Position numbers and translations under genes: made by a program. From the NCBI GenBank assembly GCA_963789855.1, contig CAWBMM010000018.1, forward strand, positions 736-64,735: a stretch of 64,000 nucleotides of DNA, written 5' to 3'. Of this stretch, positions 25,402 to 38,527 are shown piece after piece. The DNA is from an uncultured Actinomycetota bacterium (GTDB taxonomy: Bacteria; Actinomycetota; Actinomycetes; JACCUZ01). Each line of letters opens with the position of its first letter. Within the stretch, counting starts at the first letter, position 1. Below the pieces are notes generated by a model, which searched no databases, was not told the DNA's origin, and worked only from the letters and a program-made list of their open reading frames with translations.

Positions 25402-26657
25402 GCGAGGAGCTCCTGGAGGTGGGCGACGAGGTCGTCGAGGGGTACGGCGGTCTGCGCACCGGTGGTCAGGTCCTTGACCTGGGCGACACCGGCGGCGAGA
25501 TCTCGCTCGCCCAGCACCACGGCGTACGACGCGCCGGACCGGTCGGCCGCCTTCATCGATCCCTTGAGGCCGCGGCCTCCGTAGGCCAGGTCGGCGCGCA
25601 GGCCGGCCCGCCGCCAGCGGCTGACTGCGTCGAACAGCACGGGCCCGGCATCGGCCCCGATCGGCACGGCGAAGACCTGCACCCCGGCAAGGCCGGGCGC
25701 CTCGACGCCTTCGGCCCGTAGGGCGAGCACGGTGCGGTCGACGCCGAGCGCCCAGCCGACACCGGGCAGCTCGGGGCCGCCGATCGACTCCGAGAGCCCG
25801 TCGTAGCGGCCGCCGCCCCCGACTGCCGACTGCGCACCAAGCCCGTCGTGCACGAACTCGAACGTCGTGCGCGTGTAGTAGTCGAGGCCACGGACGAGGG
25901 TCGGCGTGTCGATGAACGCCGCGCCGGCGGCGGTCAGCAGCGACCGCACCTGCTCGTGGTGGGCCTTGCAGGCCTCGCAGAGGTGGTCGACCACCAGCGG
26001 CGCACCGACAAGCTGGGCCTGGATGTGCGGCCGCTTGTCGTCGAGCACCCGCAGCGGGTTCAGCTCGACCCGGCGGCGGGTCTCGTCGTCGAGGTCCAGG
26101 CCGCGCAGGAACTCCTGCAGGGCCTCGCGGTACGCCGGTCGGCACACCTTGTCGCCCAGCGAGTTCAGCAGCAGCTTCACCTCGCGCAGTCCGAGGTCGG
26201 CGAAGGCGTCGACGGCGAGCAGCACGGTCTCGGCGTCCAGCGCGGCGTCCTCGACACCCAGCGCCTCGATGCCGACCTGGGAGAAGTGCCGGTAGCGGCC
26301 CGCCTGCGGGCGCTCGTAGCGGTAGTAGCTGCCGGAGTACCACAGCTTCACCGGCAGGGCGCCGCGGTGCAGGTTGTGCTCGAGGACGGCCCGCAGCACC
26401 GACGCGGTGCCCTCGGGACGCAGGGTGAGCGAGCGGCCGCCCTTGTCCTCGAAGGTGTACATCTCCTTGGCGACGATGTCGGTCGACTCGCCGACGCCCC
26501 GCGCGAACAGCCCGGTGTCCTCGAACGCCGGCGTCTCGGCGTACGCGTAGCCGGCCCGGCGCGCCGGAGCGGCCATCGCCTCGCGGACGGCGAGGAAGGT
26601 GGCCGAGTCGGGCGGCAGCAGGTCGAAAGTGCCCTTCGGGGCTTGGAAGGACGTCAT
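25398..26657 (-). CDS. hisS: Histidine--tRNA ligase
   Basis: [43 protein letters not shown]. Confidence 0.97.
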   Translation of the reverse strand: MTSFQAPKGTFDLLPPDSATFLAVREAMAAPARRAGYAYAETPAFEDTGLFARGVGESTDIVAKEMYTFEDKGGRSLTLRPEGTASVLRAVLEHNLHRGALPVKLWYSGSYYRYERPQAGRYRHFSQVGIEALGVEDAALDAETVLLAVDAFADLGLREVKLLLNSLGDKVCRPAYREALQEFLRGLDLDDETRRRVELNPLRVLDDKRPHIQAQLVGAPLVVDHLCEACKAHHEQVRSLLTAAGAAFIDTPTLVRGLDYYTRTTFEFVHDGLGAQSAVGGGGRYDGLSESIGGPELPGVGWALGVDRTVLALRAEGVEAPGLAGVQVFAVPIGADAGPVLFDAVSRWRRAGLRADLAYGGRGLKGSMKAADRSGASYAVVLGERDLAAGVAQVKDLTTGAQTAVPLDDLVAHLQELLA

Positions 26658-26660
26658 CCG

Positions 26661-27365
26661 TCAGAGTCCTCGCTGGCCGGCCGCGGCGCCGTCCGACGTG
26701 AGGTCCTGCAGGAACGGGTTGGTGGCCCGCTCGCGGCCGATGGTGGTCTGCGGGCCGTGGCCGGGCAGCACCACGACCTCGTCGCGCAGCGGCAGCACCT
26801 TGGCGGCGAGGCTGCGCTGCATGGTGGCGTGGTCGCCGCCCGGTAGGTCGGTGCGTCCGATGCTGCCGGCGAACAGCAGGTCGCCCGAGAACATCACCTC
26901 CGGCACCTCCTCGTGCGGCAGCCGGAACGCGACCGACCCGGCGGTGTGCCCCGGCGCGTGGTCGACGGTGATCTCCAGCCCGGCCAGCCGCAGCACCTCG
27001 CCGTCGGCAAGCGGCTTCACGTCGGAGGGCTCCGACCAGCTCAGCCGCCCCTGGAAGATGGCCTTGGTCTCGGGCCCCAGCCAGGCCAGCGGGTCGGCGA
27101 GCATGTCGTCGTCGTCGGGATGGATGTACGCCGGGATGTCGCGCGCGCCGCAGACCGGGGTCACCGAGTAGGTGTGGTCGAGGTGCCCGTGGGTGAGCAG
27201 GACGGCCACCGGACGCACGCGGTACTCCTCCAGGAGGGCGTCGAGCTGGTCGAGCACCTCGATGCCGGGGTCGACCACGACGCACTCCTCGCCGGCGCCG
27301 ACGGCCACGACGTAGCAGTTCGTGCCGAAGGCGGCGGCGGGGAAGCCGGTGATCAGCACGAGCAC
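26661..27365 (-). CDS. MBL-fold metallo-hydrolase (glyoxalase II-like)
   Basis: [28 protein letters not shown]. Confidence 0.92.
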   Translation of the reverse strand: MLVLITGFPAAAFGTNCYVVAVGAGEECVVVDPGIEVLDQLDALLEEYRVRPVAVLLTHGHLDHTYSVTPVCGARDIPAYIHPDDDDMLADPLAWLGPETKAIFQGRLSWSEPSDVKPLADGEVLRLAGLEITVDHAPGHTAGSVAFRLPHEEVPEVMFSGDLLFAGSIGRTDLPGGDHATMQRSLAAKVLPLRDEVVVLPGHGPQTTIGRERATNPFLQDLTSDGAAAGQRGL

Positions 27366-27505
27366 CCTTCGAGGTCGGCGAAAGCGGGCAACGTGAGCCT
27401 ACCGGCGGCTTCACCGGCCCAGCGAACCCGTAAAACCCTAGACTGACCGACCGTGTGCGCGGCCCCCTCGGTCGGCACGGTCAGCGGGACGAGCAGGAGG
27501 CAAGG

Positions 27506-28360
27506 GTGGCGGGCAGCGCGAAGCGTGAGCGACAGCTGGCGCGAGAGCACTACGAGCGTCAGCAGGCACGCCGAGCCGAGCGCGCCAGCAAGCAGCGCCG
27601 CAACCGAGTGGCGACCGGTGTCGCCATCGCGGTTCTGGTGCTCGTGGCGGCCGTCTCGGTGCTCTCGACCCAGCTCGGCGGCGGCGACGACACGGTGACC
27701 GCCGGCTCGACGTCCTCCCCCTCGGCCAGCCCGCCGGCCTCCGCGACGCCGACCCCCACCCCGACGCCGTCCGCGACCGCCGCGGCCGCCGGCTGCACGT
27801 ACACGAAGAGCGGCACCGCCGCCAAGGACGTCGGCCTGCCGGCGTACGACGTGAAGAAGGCGGCGAGCTACAAGAAGCCCTTCACGGCGACCATCGCCAC
27901 CGACCAGGGCGACGTCGTGGTCGACATGGCCGCCGCCAAGGCGCCCTGCACGACGAACAGCTTCAAGCACCTGGCCCAGGCGAAGTACTTCGACGGCACG
28001 TCCTGCCACCGCCTCACCACGGAGAACATCTACGTGCTGCAGTGCGGCGACCCGACGGGGCAGGGCAGCGGCGGGCCGGGCTACCAGTTCGGCGAGGAGA
28101 ACCTGCCGGCGGAGGGCCAGAACAACTACCCCGCGGGCACGGTGGCGATGGCCAACGCGGGTGCCGGTACCAACGGCAGCCAGTTCTTCCTGGTGTACAA
28201 GGACACCACCCTGCCGCCGAACTACACGATCTTCGGGAACATCACCGACGGGCTGGACGTGGTGCAGAAGGTGGCCGCGAAGGGTGTGGAGGGCGGCGGC
28301 AACGACGGCGCGCCCGCGCAGAAGGTCACCATCAAGAACGTGACGGTCGGAGAGGGCTGA
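27506..28360 (+). CDS. ppiB: Membrane-anchored cyclophilin-type peptidyl-prolyl isomerase
   Basis: AGGAGG RBS, TM segment, CHRLT, LQCGDPTG.GSGGPGY, NGSQFFLVY. Confidence 0.9.
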   Translation: MAGSAKRERQLAREHYERQQARRAERASKQRRNRVATGVAIAVLVLVAAVSVLSTQLGGGDDTVTAGSTSSPSASPPASATPTPTPTPSATAAAAGCTYTKSGTAAKDVGLPAYDVKKAASYKKPFTATIATDQGDVVVDMAAAKAPCTTNSFKHLAQAKYFDGTSCHRLTTENIYVLQCGDPTGQGSGGPGYQFGEENLPAEGQNNYPAGTVAMANAGAGTNGSQFFLVYKDTTLPPNYTIFGNITDGLDVVQKVAAKGVEGGGNDGAPAQKVTIKNVTVGEG

Positions 28361-28361
28361 C

Positions 28362-30236
28362 GTGAGCGACACCCCGGAGACCGGCGCGGCCCAGCCGGAC
28401 CGCGACGCCCCGCTCCCGGACGCACCCGCGGGCGAGGAGCGGGCGGGGTCGCCGACGGCTGCAGCCGCCGGAGGTTGACCAGCCGGAGGTCGACCAGCCG
28501 CCGCGCCGACACGCCGCCGAGGAACCGGCCGCGGTCGCAGAGGCCACCCCGCCCGCGGAGCCGACGCCCGTCGACGGAACCGCCGCCACCGCGAGCCGAG
28601 CCGCCGCCGAGGAACGCCGCCGCGTCCGTCGAGCTGCGCCGCACCGACGAACCGGCCGCCGCCCCGGACGGCGACCGCCGCCGAGGAGAGCGTCCGTCGA
28701 GCGTCGCCGCATCCGTCGAGCCCGAGCCCGCGGAGCCGCGTCCGGCTCGAGCTGTGCCCGTCGCCGTCAGCCCGACCGTGGCCGGCAGCCCGCGGCCAGC
28801 CGCCGGCCGCACCGGCCGAGCCGCGGGACGCATCGGCAGAGCCGGCTGCCGGGCTGACAGAGCCAGCCGCGGGTCCCGAGACGCCGGCAGCGGCCGCCAA
28901 GCCGCCGGTCCCGACGCCGGCGCAGGTCGTGCACCCCCCGGCCGCCCAGACCGCCCCCTCCTCGCCGGCCGCCCCGGCAGCAGCTGGCCGCGCCGCCGCG
29001 GTCGCCGCGTCGGACCCGTCCGAGTGGGGCCGGGTGGCCGACGACGGCACGGTCTACGTCCGCACGGCCGAGGGCGAGCGCCCGGTCGGGTCCTACCCCG
29101 ATGCCTCCCCGGAGGAGGCGCTGGCGTACTTCGGCCGGAAGTTCGACGAGCTGGCCGGCCAGGTCGACCTGCTCGAGCAGCGGGTCCGCGCGGGCGGCAT
29201 CGCGCCGAAGGATGCGGGCAGCACGCTCACCCACCTGCAGGAGGCGGTCACCGAGGCCAACGCCGTCGGGGACCTGGCCGCCCTGCTGACCCGGCTGGAC
29301 GCCGTCGCCACCCAGATCGAGGAGCGCCGCAAGCGCTCCGAGGCGGCCCGGGCGAAGGCCCGCGAGGCGGCTGCTGCCACCAAGGAGCGCATCGTCGAGG
29401 AGGCCGAGAAGCTCTCGACGTCCTCCGACTGGAAGCGGGCCGGCGACCGGCTGCGCGAGCTGCTGGAGGAGTGGAAGAAGGCGCCCCGGCTGGAGCGCAA
29501 GGTCGACGACGCGCTGTGGAAGCGGTTCAGCCACGCCCGTACCGCCTTCGACAAGCGACGCCGGGTGCACTTCGCCGAGCTCGACGAGCAGCGCGGCGAG
29601 GCCGCGGCCCGCAAGGAGAAGCTCATCAAGAAGGCCGAGGAGCTCTCGACCTCGAAGGAGTGGGGCGACACGGCGCGCGCCTACCGGGACCTGATGACCG
29701 AGTGGAAGGCCGCCGGCCGCGCCCGCCGGGACGTCGAGGACAAGCTCTGGGAGCGGTTCCGGGCCGCCCAGGACGTGTTCTTCGCGGCCCGGTCCGAGGT
29801 GTTCGCCGAGCGGGACGCCGGCCAGGCCGAGAACCTGGAGAAGAAGCGCAGCCTTGCCTCCGAGGCCGAGGCGCTGCTGCCGATCACCGACCTCAAGTCA
29901 GCCCGGGCCGCCCTGCGACACGTGCACGAGCAGTGGGAGGCCGTCGGCCACGTGCCGCGCTCGGACCGCGACGCCGTCGAGAACCGGCTGAAGAAGGTCG
30001 ACGACGCCGTCCGCGCCGCCGAGGAGGCGGAGTGGGCCCGCTCGAACCCGGAGGCGCGGGCCCGGGCGGAGGCGACCGTGAGCCAGCTGCGCACCAGCAT
30101 CGCGAACCTCGAGGCCGACGCCGCGAAGGCCCGGACGGCGGGCAACGAGAAGAAGGCCGCCGACGCCGAGTCCGCGGCCGAGGCCCGGCGCAGCTGGCTG
30201 GTCGAGGCCGAGCGGACCCTCGCCGAGTTCAGCTGA
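28362..30236 (+). CDS. DUF349 domain protein with low-complexity N-terminus (frameshifted there)
   Basis: WGRVADDGTVYVRT...YFGRKF, repeated LWKRF/LWERF helical units. Confidence 0.85.
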
Positions 30237-30246
30237 CCGCCGTACC

Positions 30247-30315
30247 CAAGATCGTTCGCGACGTTCGGCGGCAACACGCGCGGCGTGTCGCCCGCGAACG
30301 TCGCGAACGATCTTG
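30247..30315. repeat. Long inverted repeat between convergent genes
   Basis: 21-bp perfect IR CAAGATCGTTCGCGACGTTCG / CGAACGTCGCGAACGATCTTG. Confidence 0.85.
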
Positions 30316-30366
30316 CTCTCGGCGCGCGGGCGGGCGAGGGGCGGTGGCCGTCGCGAACCCGGCCCC

Positions 30367-31863
30367 CTACCGGGACGTCGGGAAGTGGAAGCTGGCCTCC
30401 GAGTCGGCGGCGACCTCCGGCCAGCGGGCCGTGACGACCTTGGCGCGGGTGTAGAACGACACGCCCTCGGGGCCGTGCACGTGCTTGTCGCCGAACAGCG
30501 AGTCCTTCCAGCCGCCGAAGGAGTAGTACGCCATCGGCACCGGCACCGGCACGTTGATGCCGATCATGCCCACCTTGACCCCGCGCTGGAACTGCCGCGC
30601 CGCCTGGCCGCTGTTGGTGAAGATCGCGGTGCCGTTGCCGTACGGGTTCGCGTTGATCAGCGCGATGGCCTCCTCGACCGTGCCGGCCCGCAGCACCGAC
30701 AGCACCGGCCCGAAGATCTCCTCGGTGTAGACGTCCATCTCGGGGGTCACCGAGTCGAGCACGGTCGGGCCGACGAAGAAGCCCTCCTCCAGCCCCGGCA
30801 CGACCAGCCCGCGCCCGTCGACCGCCACCGCGGCGCCCTGCGACTCCCCCGCGGTCACGATGCCCTCGATGCGGTCCTTCGCCGCCCGGGTGACCACCGG
30901 TCCCATCTCACTGGCGCTGTCGCGGCCGGACCCCACCGTGACCGCCTGCGCGCGGGCGCTGACCGCCTCGACCACCGCGTCACCCGCGCGGCCGACCGCC
31001 ACCGCCGCCGAGATCGCCATGCAGCGCTCGCCGGCCGACCCGAAGGCCGCCGCCGCCAGGTGCTCGGCCGCGAAGTCGATGTCGGCGTCCGGCAGCACGA
31101 TCGCGTGGTTCTTCGCGCCGCCGAGCGCCTGCACCCGCTTGCCGGACGCCGTGCCGCGCTCGTGGATGTAGCGCGCGATCGGGGTCGAGCCGACGAACGA
31201 GACGGCCGCGACCCGCGAGTCGTCGAGCAGCGCGTCGACCGCAACCTTGTCACCGTTCACCACGTTGAAGACGCCGTCCGGCAGCCCGGCCTGCTGCCAC
31301 AGGTCGGCCACGAGCAGCGACGGCGACGGGTCGCGCTCGCTGGGCTTGAGCACGAAGGCGTTCCCGCAGGCGATCGCCACGGGGTACATCCACATCGGGA
31401 CCATCGCCGGGAAGTTGAACGGCGTGATGCCCGCACACACCCCGAGCGGCTCGCGGAACGAGAACGTGTCGACCCCGGCCGACACCTGGTCGGAGTAGTC
31501 GCCCTTGAGCAGCGACGGGATCCCGCAGGCGAACTCCACCACCTCCAGCCCGCGCTGCACCTCCCCCAGCGCGTCGGAGAGCACCTTGCCGTGCTCGTCG
31601 ACGATCAGCCCGGCCAGCTCCTCGGCGTTCCGGTTGACCAGCTCGCGGAACGCGAACAGCACCTTGGCCCGCTTGCTCACCGAGGTCTGCGACCACTCCT
31701 CGAACGCCACCTCGGCGACCCGCACCGCCTCGGCGACGTCCTCGACCGCTGCCAGCGCGACCTCCGCCTGCTGCTGGCCGGTGGCCGGGTTCCAGACCGG
31801 CGCGGTGCGCCCCGACGTCCCGGGTGCCGCCTTGCCGCCGATCCAGTGCTCGATGGTGCGCAT
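30367..31863 (-). CDS. iolA: CoA-acylating (methyl)malonate-semialdehyde dehydrogenase
   Basis: ITPFNFPAMVPMW, KPSERDP, FVGSTPIA, GGAKNH, AFGSAGERCMA. Confidence 0.93.
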   Translation of the reverse strand: MRTIEHWIGGKAAPGTSGRTAPVWNPATGQQQAEVALAAVEDVAEAVRVAEVAFEEWSQTSVSKRAKVLFAFRELVNRNAEELAGLIVDEHGKVLSDALGEVQRGLEVVEFACGIPSLLKGDYSDQVSAGVDTFSFREPLGVCAGITPFNFPAMVPMWMYPVAIACGNAFVLKPSERDPSPSLLVADLWQQAGLPDGVFNVVNGDKVAVDALLDDSRVAAVSFVGSTPIARYIHERGTASGKRVQALGGAKNHAIVLPDADIDFAAEHLAAAAFGSAGERCMAISAAVAVGRAGDAVVEAVSARAQAVTVGSGRDSASEMGPVVTRAAKDRIEGIVTAGESQGAAVAVDGRGLVVPGLEEGFFVGPTVLDSVTPEMDVYTEEIFGPVLSVLRAGTVEEAIALINANPYGNGTAIFTNSGQAARQFQRGVKVGMIGINVPVPVPMAYYSFGGWKDSLFGDKHVHGPEGVSFYTRAKVVTARWPEVAADSEASFHFPTSR

Positions 31864-31875
31864 GCTGGTGCCTCT

Positions 31876-33750
<1,875 letters not shown>

Positions 33751-33751
<1 letters not shown>

Positions 33752-34632
33752 CAGCCCTCCCCTGGGGTGAACGGCAGCCGCGGGTCGGGCTGCTGGGCGG
33801 CCCAGGTGTCGCGTACCCAGGCGTGGTCGGGGTCGTCGCAGACCACCCAGGCGCGCTCCCCCGGGCCGGCCATCACGTTCAGGTAGTACATGTCGTATCC
33901 CGGCGCCGCCATCGACGGCCCGTGCCAGCCGTGCGGCACCAGCACGACGTCACCCTGGCGCACCTCGGCGAGCACGTCGACCGGTCGCTCCGGCGACGAG
34001 GCGTAGACCCGCTGGTAGCCGAAGCCGGCCGCGCCGGCGACCTCGAAGTAGTAGATCTCCTCCAGCTCGGTCTCGACCGGGGTGCCGTCGTCGGCGGTGC
34101 GCCGCTCGTCGTGCTTGTGCGGCGGGTACGACGACCAGTTGCCGCCGGGGGTGAACACCTCGCAGGCGATCAGCGAGTCGGCCGCCAGCACCCCGGGCAC
34201 CCCGAAGTTGTGGACCTGTCGGGACGACCGGCCGGCCCCGCGCAGCTCGACGGGCACCTCGGCGGCCGGCAGGTGCCGCACCGGGCGGTCACCGGCGGCC
34301 CGGGCGGACGGCACGGCGAACCGCCCGCCGGCCGTGCTGGAGACGCGCACCTGTCGGCCGGGCGGCAGGTAGGCGACGTCGGTGGGCCCGTCGAAGACCG
34401 ACGTGCGGCCGGCCAGCTCGACGACGTCCCCGCCGGTCGTCAGGGTGAACGACCCGGTCAGCGGCACCACCATCGCCTCGTCCGCGGCCGTGTCGAAGGA
34501 CAGCTCGCCGCCGGGCGGAAGCGTCCCCACCCGCAGCCCGCAGGACGCCCAGCCGGCCTGCTCCGGTGTGAGCAGCAGGTCCCAGCCGTCGGCAGCGAGG
34601 GTCCCCGCCGGCCGGTGCAGACCGGGGGTCAC
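33751..34632 (-). CDS. iolB: 5-deoxy-glucuronate isomerase
   Basis: GGNWSSYPPHKHD, LEEIYYF, YYLNVMAGP. Confidence 0.95.
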
Positions 34633-35540
34633 GAGCGGCTCCCGGCAGACACGGTGACGCCCCGGACCATGCCGGCCGCCCGGTCGACCGCGGCGGCGAC
34701 GTCGCCGTCCGGCGGGTAGAGCAGCGCCCGCCCCACCACCAGCCCGCGGACGCCGGGCAGCGCCAGCGCCCGCTCCCACGCGTCGTAGGTGAGCTCCGGG
34801 TCGACGTCCGGGTCGCCGCCGAGCAGCAGGGTCGGCAGCGTGGTCGCGGCCAGCACCTGCTCCATGCCCTCGACGACGGGCAGCTTGAGCCAGGTCCACG
34901 CGCTGGTGACGCCGAGGGCCGACGCCACGCCGACCGAGCGGACCACGCCCTCGGTGCTGAGGTCGTTCTGCAGCCGGCCGTCGACCCGCCGGGACACGAA
35001 CGGCTCGACCATCGCGACCAGCCGCCGCTCGGCCAGGCCGCTCACGGCGCGAGCGGAGGCCTCGAGGGTCGCTGCGGTCGCGGGGTCGTCGAGGCCGATG
35101 CGGGTCAGCATCTTGCCGCCGTCCCAGCCCATCCGCTCCACCGTCGCGGCGTCGCACGCGGTGAACCGGTCGTCGAGCTCGAAGACCGACCCCTGCAGAC
35201 CGCCGCGGTTCATCGAGGCGATGGCCACCCGGTCGTCGAGCTCGCCGAGCAGCAGCAGGTCCTCGAGCACGTCGGGCGTGCCGAGGACGCCGTCGACGCC
35301 GGGCCGGCGCAGCGCGGTGACCAGCCGAGCCAGCAGCTCGCCGCGGTCGCCCATCGCCATCGCCTCGCCGCGGACGCCGAGCGCGTTGCGGGCCGGGTGG
35401 TCGGCGGCGACGAGCATCACCCGCCCGTCCTCACCGACGAGGGGACGCCGGCGCCGGGACAGCGCCTTGGCTGCCACGGCCCCGGGCTCGCGCAGCCGCA
35501 GGTCGCGCAGCCGCTCGAGGTCGAGCTCGACGTCAGCCAC
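34629..35540 (-). CDS. Cgl0159-like class I aldolase (DeoC/FbaB-like), probable IolJ substitute
   Basis: MLVAADHPAR, GVLGTPDVLEDL, SMNRGGLQG..FELDDRFT, TWLKLP, GLVVGRALLYP. Confidence 0.75.
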   Translation of the reverse strand: MADVELDLERLRDLRLREPGAVAAKALSRRRRPLVGEDGRVMLVAADHPARNALGVRGEAMAMGDRGELLARLVTALRRPGVDGVLGTPDVLEDLLLLGELDDRVAIASMNRGGLQGSVFELDDRFTACDAATVERMGWDGGKMLTRIGLDDPATAATLEASARAVSGLAERRLVAMVEPFVSRRVDGRLQNDLSTEGVVRSVGVASALGVTSAWTWLKLPVVEGMEQVLAATTLPTLLLGGDPDVDPELTYDAWERALALPGVRGLVVGRALLYPPDGDVAAAVDRAAGMVRGVTVSAGSRS

Positions 35541-36498
35541 CGATGACCCCTCCCTGTGCTGCGACCCGCAGGCCGTCCTCGACCTCGTCGGTGGTCGGCA
35601 TCGCCGTCGAGCACTCCAGCCGCGACGCGACCAGGGCGCCGGCGACGTTGGCGAACCGGACGAGCCGCTCGAGGTCCCAGCCGGCGAGCAGCCCGTGGCA
35701 CAGCGCGCCGCCGAACCCGTCGCCCGCACCGAGGCCGTTCACCACCCGGACCCGAACCGGAGCCACCTCGACCCGCTCGTCGCGCGTGGCGGCCAGCACC
35801 CCGAGCGGGCCCTGCTTGACGACGGCCAGCTCGACACCGCGTTCGAGCAGCGCGTCGGCCGCCCGGCCCGGGTCCCGCTCCCCTACCGCGACCTCGCACT
35901 CCTCGAGGTTGCCCACCACCACGGTGACCTGCTCCAGCGCCCGGCCCACCTGGGCCGTCGCCTCCTCGCGCGAGTCCCAGAACATCGGCCGGTAGTCGAG
36001 GTCGAGCACGGTGAGCGGCCGACGCTCGCGGGCCTCCCAGGCCGCGAAGTGAGCGCCCCGGCTCGGCTCCACCGACAACCCGGTGACGGTCGACCACCAG
36101 ATGCCGGCGGCCCGCACCGCGTCAAGGTCCAGCTCGTCGGCCCGCACCATGAGGTCCGGCGCCACCGGCAGCCGGTAGAAGTACAGCGGGAAGTCGTCCG
36201 GCGGGAAGATCTCGCAGAAGGTCACCGGCGTCGGCAGGTCGGGCACTGCGGTCACGTAACGGTCGTCGACGCCGAGCTCCTTGAGCGCGCGGTGCACGAA
36301 CCGGCCGAACGGGTCCGCACCGGTGCGGGTGACCACGGCGACCTCGTGGCCGTGGCGGGCGGCCGCGACCGCGACGTTCGTCGCGCTGCCGCCGAGGAAC
36401 TTGCCGAACGTCTCCACGTCCTCCAGCCCCACGCCGACCTGCAGCGGGTAGATGTCCACGCCGACCCGACCCATGGTGAGCACGTCGTACGCCGTCAT
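35533..36498 (-). CDS. iolC: 5-dehydro-2-deoxygluconokinase
   Basis: MGRVGVDIYP, EIFPPDDFPLYFYR, DLDYRP, NGLGAGDGFGG. Confidence 0.93.
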   Translation of the reverse strand: MTAYDVLTMGRVGVDIYPLQVGVGLEDVETFGKFLGGSATNVAVAAARHGHEVAVVTRTGADPFGRFVHRALKELGVDDRYVTAVPDLPTPVTFCEIFPPDDFPLYFYRLPVAPDLMVRADELDLDAVRAAGIWWSTVTGLSVEPSRGAHFAAWEARERRPLTVLDLDYRPMFWDSREEATAQVGRALEQVTVVVGNLEECEVAVGERDPGRAADALLERGVELAVVKQGPLGVLAATRDERVEVAPVRVRVVNGLGAGDGFGGALCHGLLAGWDLERLVRFANVAGALVASRLECSTAMPTTDEVEDGLRVAAQGGVIGG

Positions 36499-37397
36499 GC
36501 CGGCCCCGCGTCGGCAACGGCCGCCAGGTAGGCCACGCTGGCCCGCACGTCGGCCAACGGTCCCTCGCCGGCCGGCTCGGCGGTGAGCACGGTGTCCTGC
36601 TCCAGGACGTACCAGCCGTCGTAGCCGGCAGCCTCCAGCGTGCGGACGATCGCGGCGACATCGACGTCCCCTGCCCCCAGCGGCCGGTACATGCCCTGCC
36701 GCACGGCCTCCGCGTAGCCGACGTCCCCGGTCCGCACCCGCGCAGCCCAGCTCTCGTCGACGTCCTTGAGGTGGGTGTGCACCACCCGGTCGCTCGCGTC
36801 GGCGGCGAGCGCGACGGGGTCGGTGCCGCCGATGAGCAGGTGTCCGGTGTCCAGGCAGAGCGGGACGGTCGACCCGTCGAGCACCCGGTCGACGTCCTCG
36901 CGGGTCTCGACGGTGGTGCCGACGTGCGGGTGCAGGCAGGCCTGCACGCCGCGGCTCGCGGCGTGCTCGGCAAGCGCGTCGAGGTGCCAGAGCAGGGTCT
37001 GCCACTGCGCGGCGTCGAGCTGTGGCCGCTCGTCGTACCCCGTCAGGCCGGTCGCCCCGGCGAGCACGACCGTCCGGGCGCCGGCGGCGAGCAGCCCGTC
37101 CAGCGCCCGGTCGACCTCCGGCACCGGGTCGTGGGCCGCCTCGTGCAGCAGCACCGGCACGAAGCCACCGACGGCCGTCAGGCCGTGTGCTGCCAGCGTC
37201 GCCGCCTTCTCCTGCGGCTCGTCCGGCAGGAAGCCGTCGGGGCCGAGCTCGGTGGCCCGCAGCCCCACCTCCCGCATCTCGGTGAGCACCCGCTCGGGCG
37301 CCAGCTGGTGGCCCCAGCCGGGCACCTCGCAGACGCCCCACGAGATGGGTGCCCCGGCGATCCGCTCCCGGAGCGCCCGCCGCGCCGCCGCCGTCAC
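36495..37397 (-). CDS. iolE: Myo-inosose-2 dehydratase-like TIM barrel
   Basis: APISWGVCEVPGWG, HPHVGT, CLDTGH, HLKDV, WYVLEQD. Confidence 0.82.
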   Translation of the reverse strand: MTAAARRALRERIAGAPISWGVCEVPGWGHQLAPERVLTEMREVGLRATELGPDGFLPDEPQEKAATLAAHGLTAVGGFVPVLLHEAAHDPVPEVDRALDGLLAAGARTVVLAGATGLTGYDERPQLDAAQWQTLLWHLDALAEHAASRGVQACLHPHVGTTVETREDVDRVLDGSTVPLCLDTGHLLIGGTDPVALAADASDRVVHTHLKDVDESWAARVRTGDVGYAEAVRQGMYRPLGAGDVDVAAIVRTLEAAGYDGWYVLEQDTVLTAEPAGEGPLADVRASVAYLAAVADAGPA

Positions 37398-38405
37398 CGG
37401 CGCACCTCGTCGAGGCGCACCGGCCGGTGCTCGTGGCGGGACAGCTCGCAGGCCTCCGCGACATAGCTGGCCTCGAGGGCGTCGGCCACCGTGCAGGCCG
37501 GTTCGGCGCGGCCGGCGACCACCTCGGTGAACGCCAGCAGCTCGGCCCGGTAGGCCGCGGCGAAGCGCTCCATGAAGGCGGGGTACGGCGTGCCGGCCGG
37601 GAAGGTGACCCCCGGCTCGACCGAGCGCAGCGGCAGCCGGTCGTCGAGGCCGGCCACGATGCTGTCGCGCGAGCCGAGGACCTCGAGCCGGACGTCGTAC
37701 CCGCGGGCGTTGTAGCGGGTCGCCGAGACCAGCGCGAAGGTGTCGTCGGTCAGCGTCAGCAGCGCGGCGGCGGCGTCGACGTCACCGGCCGCGGCGAAGA
37801 ACTCGGCCCCGCGGTTGGCGCCGACGGCGTAGACCTCGCGGACCTCCTGCCCGCTCACCCACCGGATGGCGTCGAAGTCGTGGACGCTGCAGTCGCGGAA
37901 CACGCCGCCGGACGTCGGCACGTAGTCCGCGGGCGGCGGCGCCATGTCGAGCGTCCCGGAGCGGATGGTGTGCACGAAGCCGAGCTCGCCGGACGCGACG
38001 GCCGCGCGCGCCGCCAGGTGCCCGGCGTCGTGGCGTCGCTGGAAGCCGATCTGCACGTGCGCGAGCTGCCGGCTGCTGCCGGCCACCTTCTCGAGGACCG
38101 CGATCGTCCCCTCGATGTCACCCGCGACCGGCTTCTCGCAGAACACCGGGAGCCCGGCCTCGACGCCGCCGAGCACCAGGGCGGCATGCGCGTCGGTGGC
38201 CGCGGCGACCACCAGCCCGTCGATGCCCGGCGGCGAACAGCTCGTCCGGCGACCCCACCGCGTCGACCCCCAGCTCGACCGCCACCGCCCGCGCCCGTCG
38301 CGGGTCGGCGTCGGCCACCACGAGGCCCTCCACCTCGGGAAGCGCGGCCAGGGTGCGGGCGTGGAACGCGCCGATGCGCCCCGCACCGGCCAGTCCGATC
38401 CGCAT
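37394..38405 (-). CDS. iolG: Gfo/Idh/MocA inositol dehydrogenase (frameshifted)
   Basis: GLAGAGRIG, CEKP, IGFQRR, SGGVFRDCSVHDFD, GYDVRLEV. Confidence 0.85.
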
Positions 38406-38470
38406 CTCCGCCGGCCTCCGGGTGTCGCACGGGTGGGGGTTGCCCCGAGCATGTCGGGGCCGTAGATTCA

Positions 38471-38499
38471 TGTCAACACTAAGTCAGTATGTCTTGACA
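38471..38499. promoter_or_regulatory. Divergent iol promoter with IolR-like operator
   Basis: TGTCTTGACA at 38490-38499 fits the Corynebacterium IolR box KGWCHTRACA. A second TTGACA lies on the minus strand at 38471-38476. Confidence 0.6.
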
Positions 38500-38527
38500 A
38501 ACTAGATGCGTTCGGAGGGTGAGACGG

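Noticed and set aside
23575-27414. 1279-aa ORF, and similarly 55530..59654, 31919..33886, 19688..21841 and 10415..12427
   Set aside because: GC-rich shadow or off-frame readings overlapping clearly identified genes; Arg/Gly/Pro-rich with no motifs.
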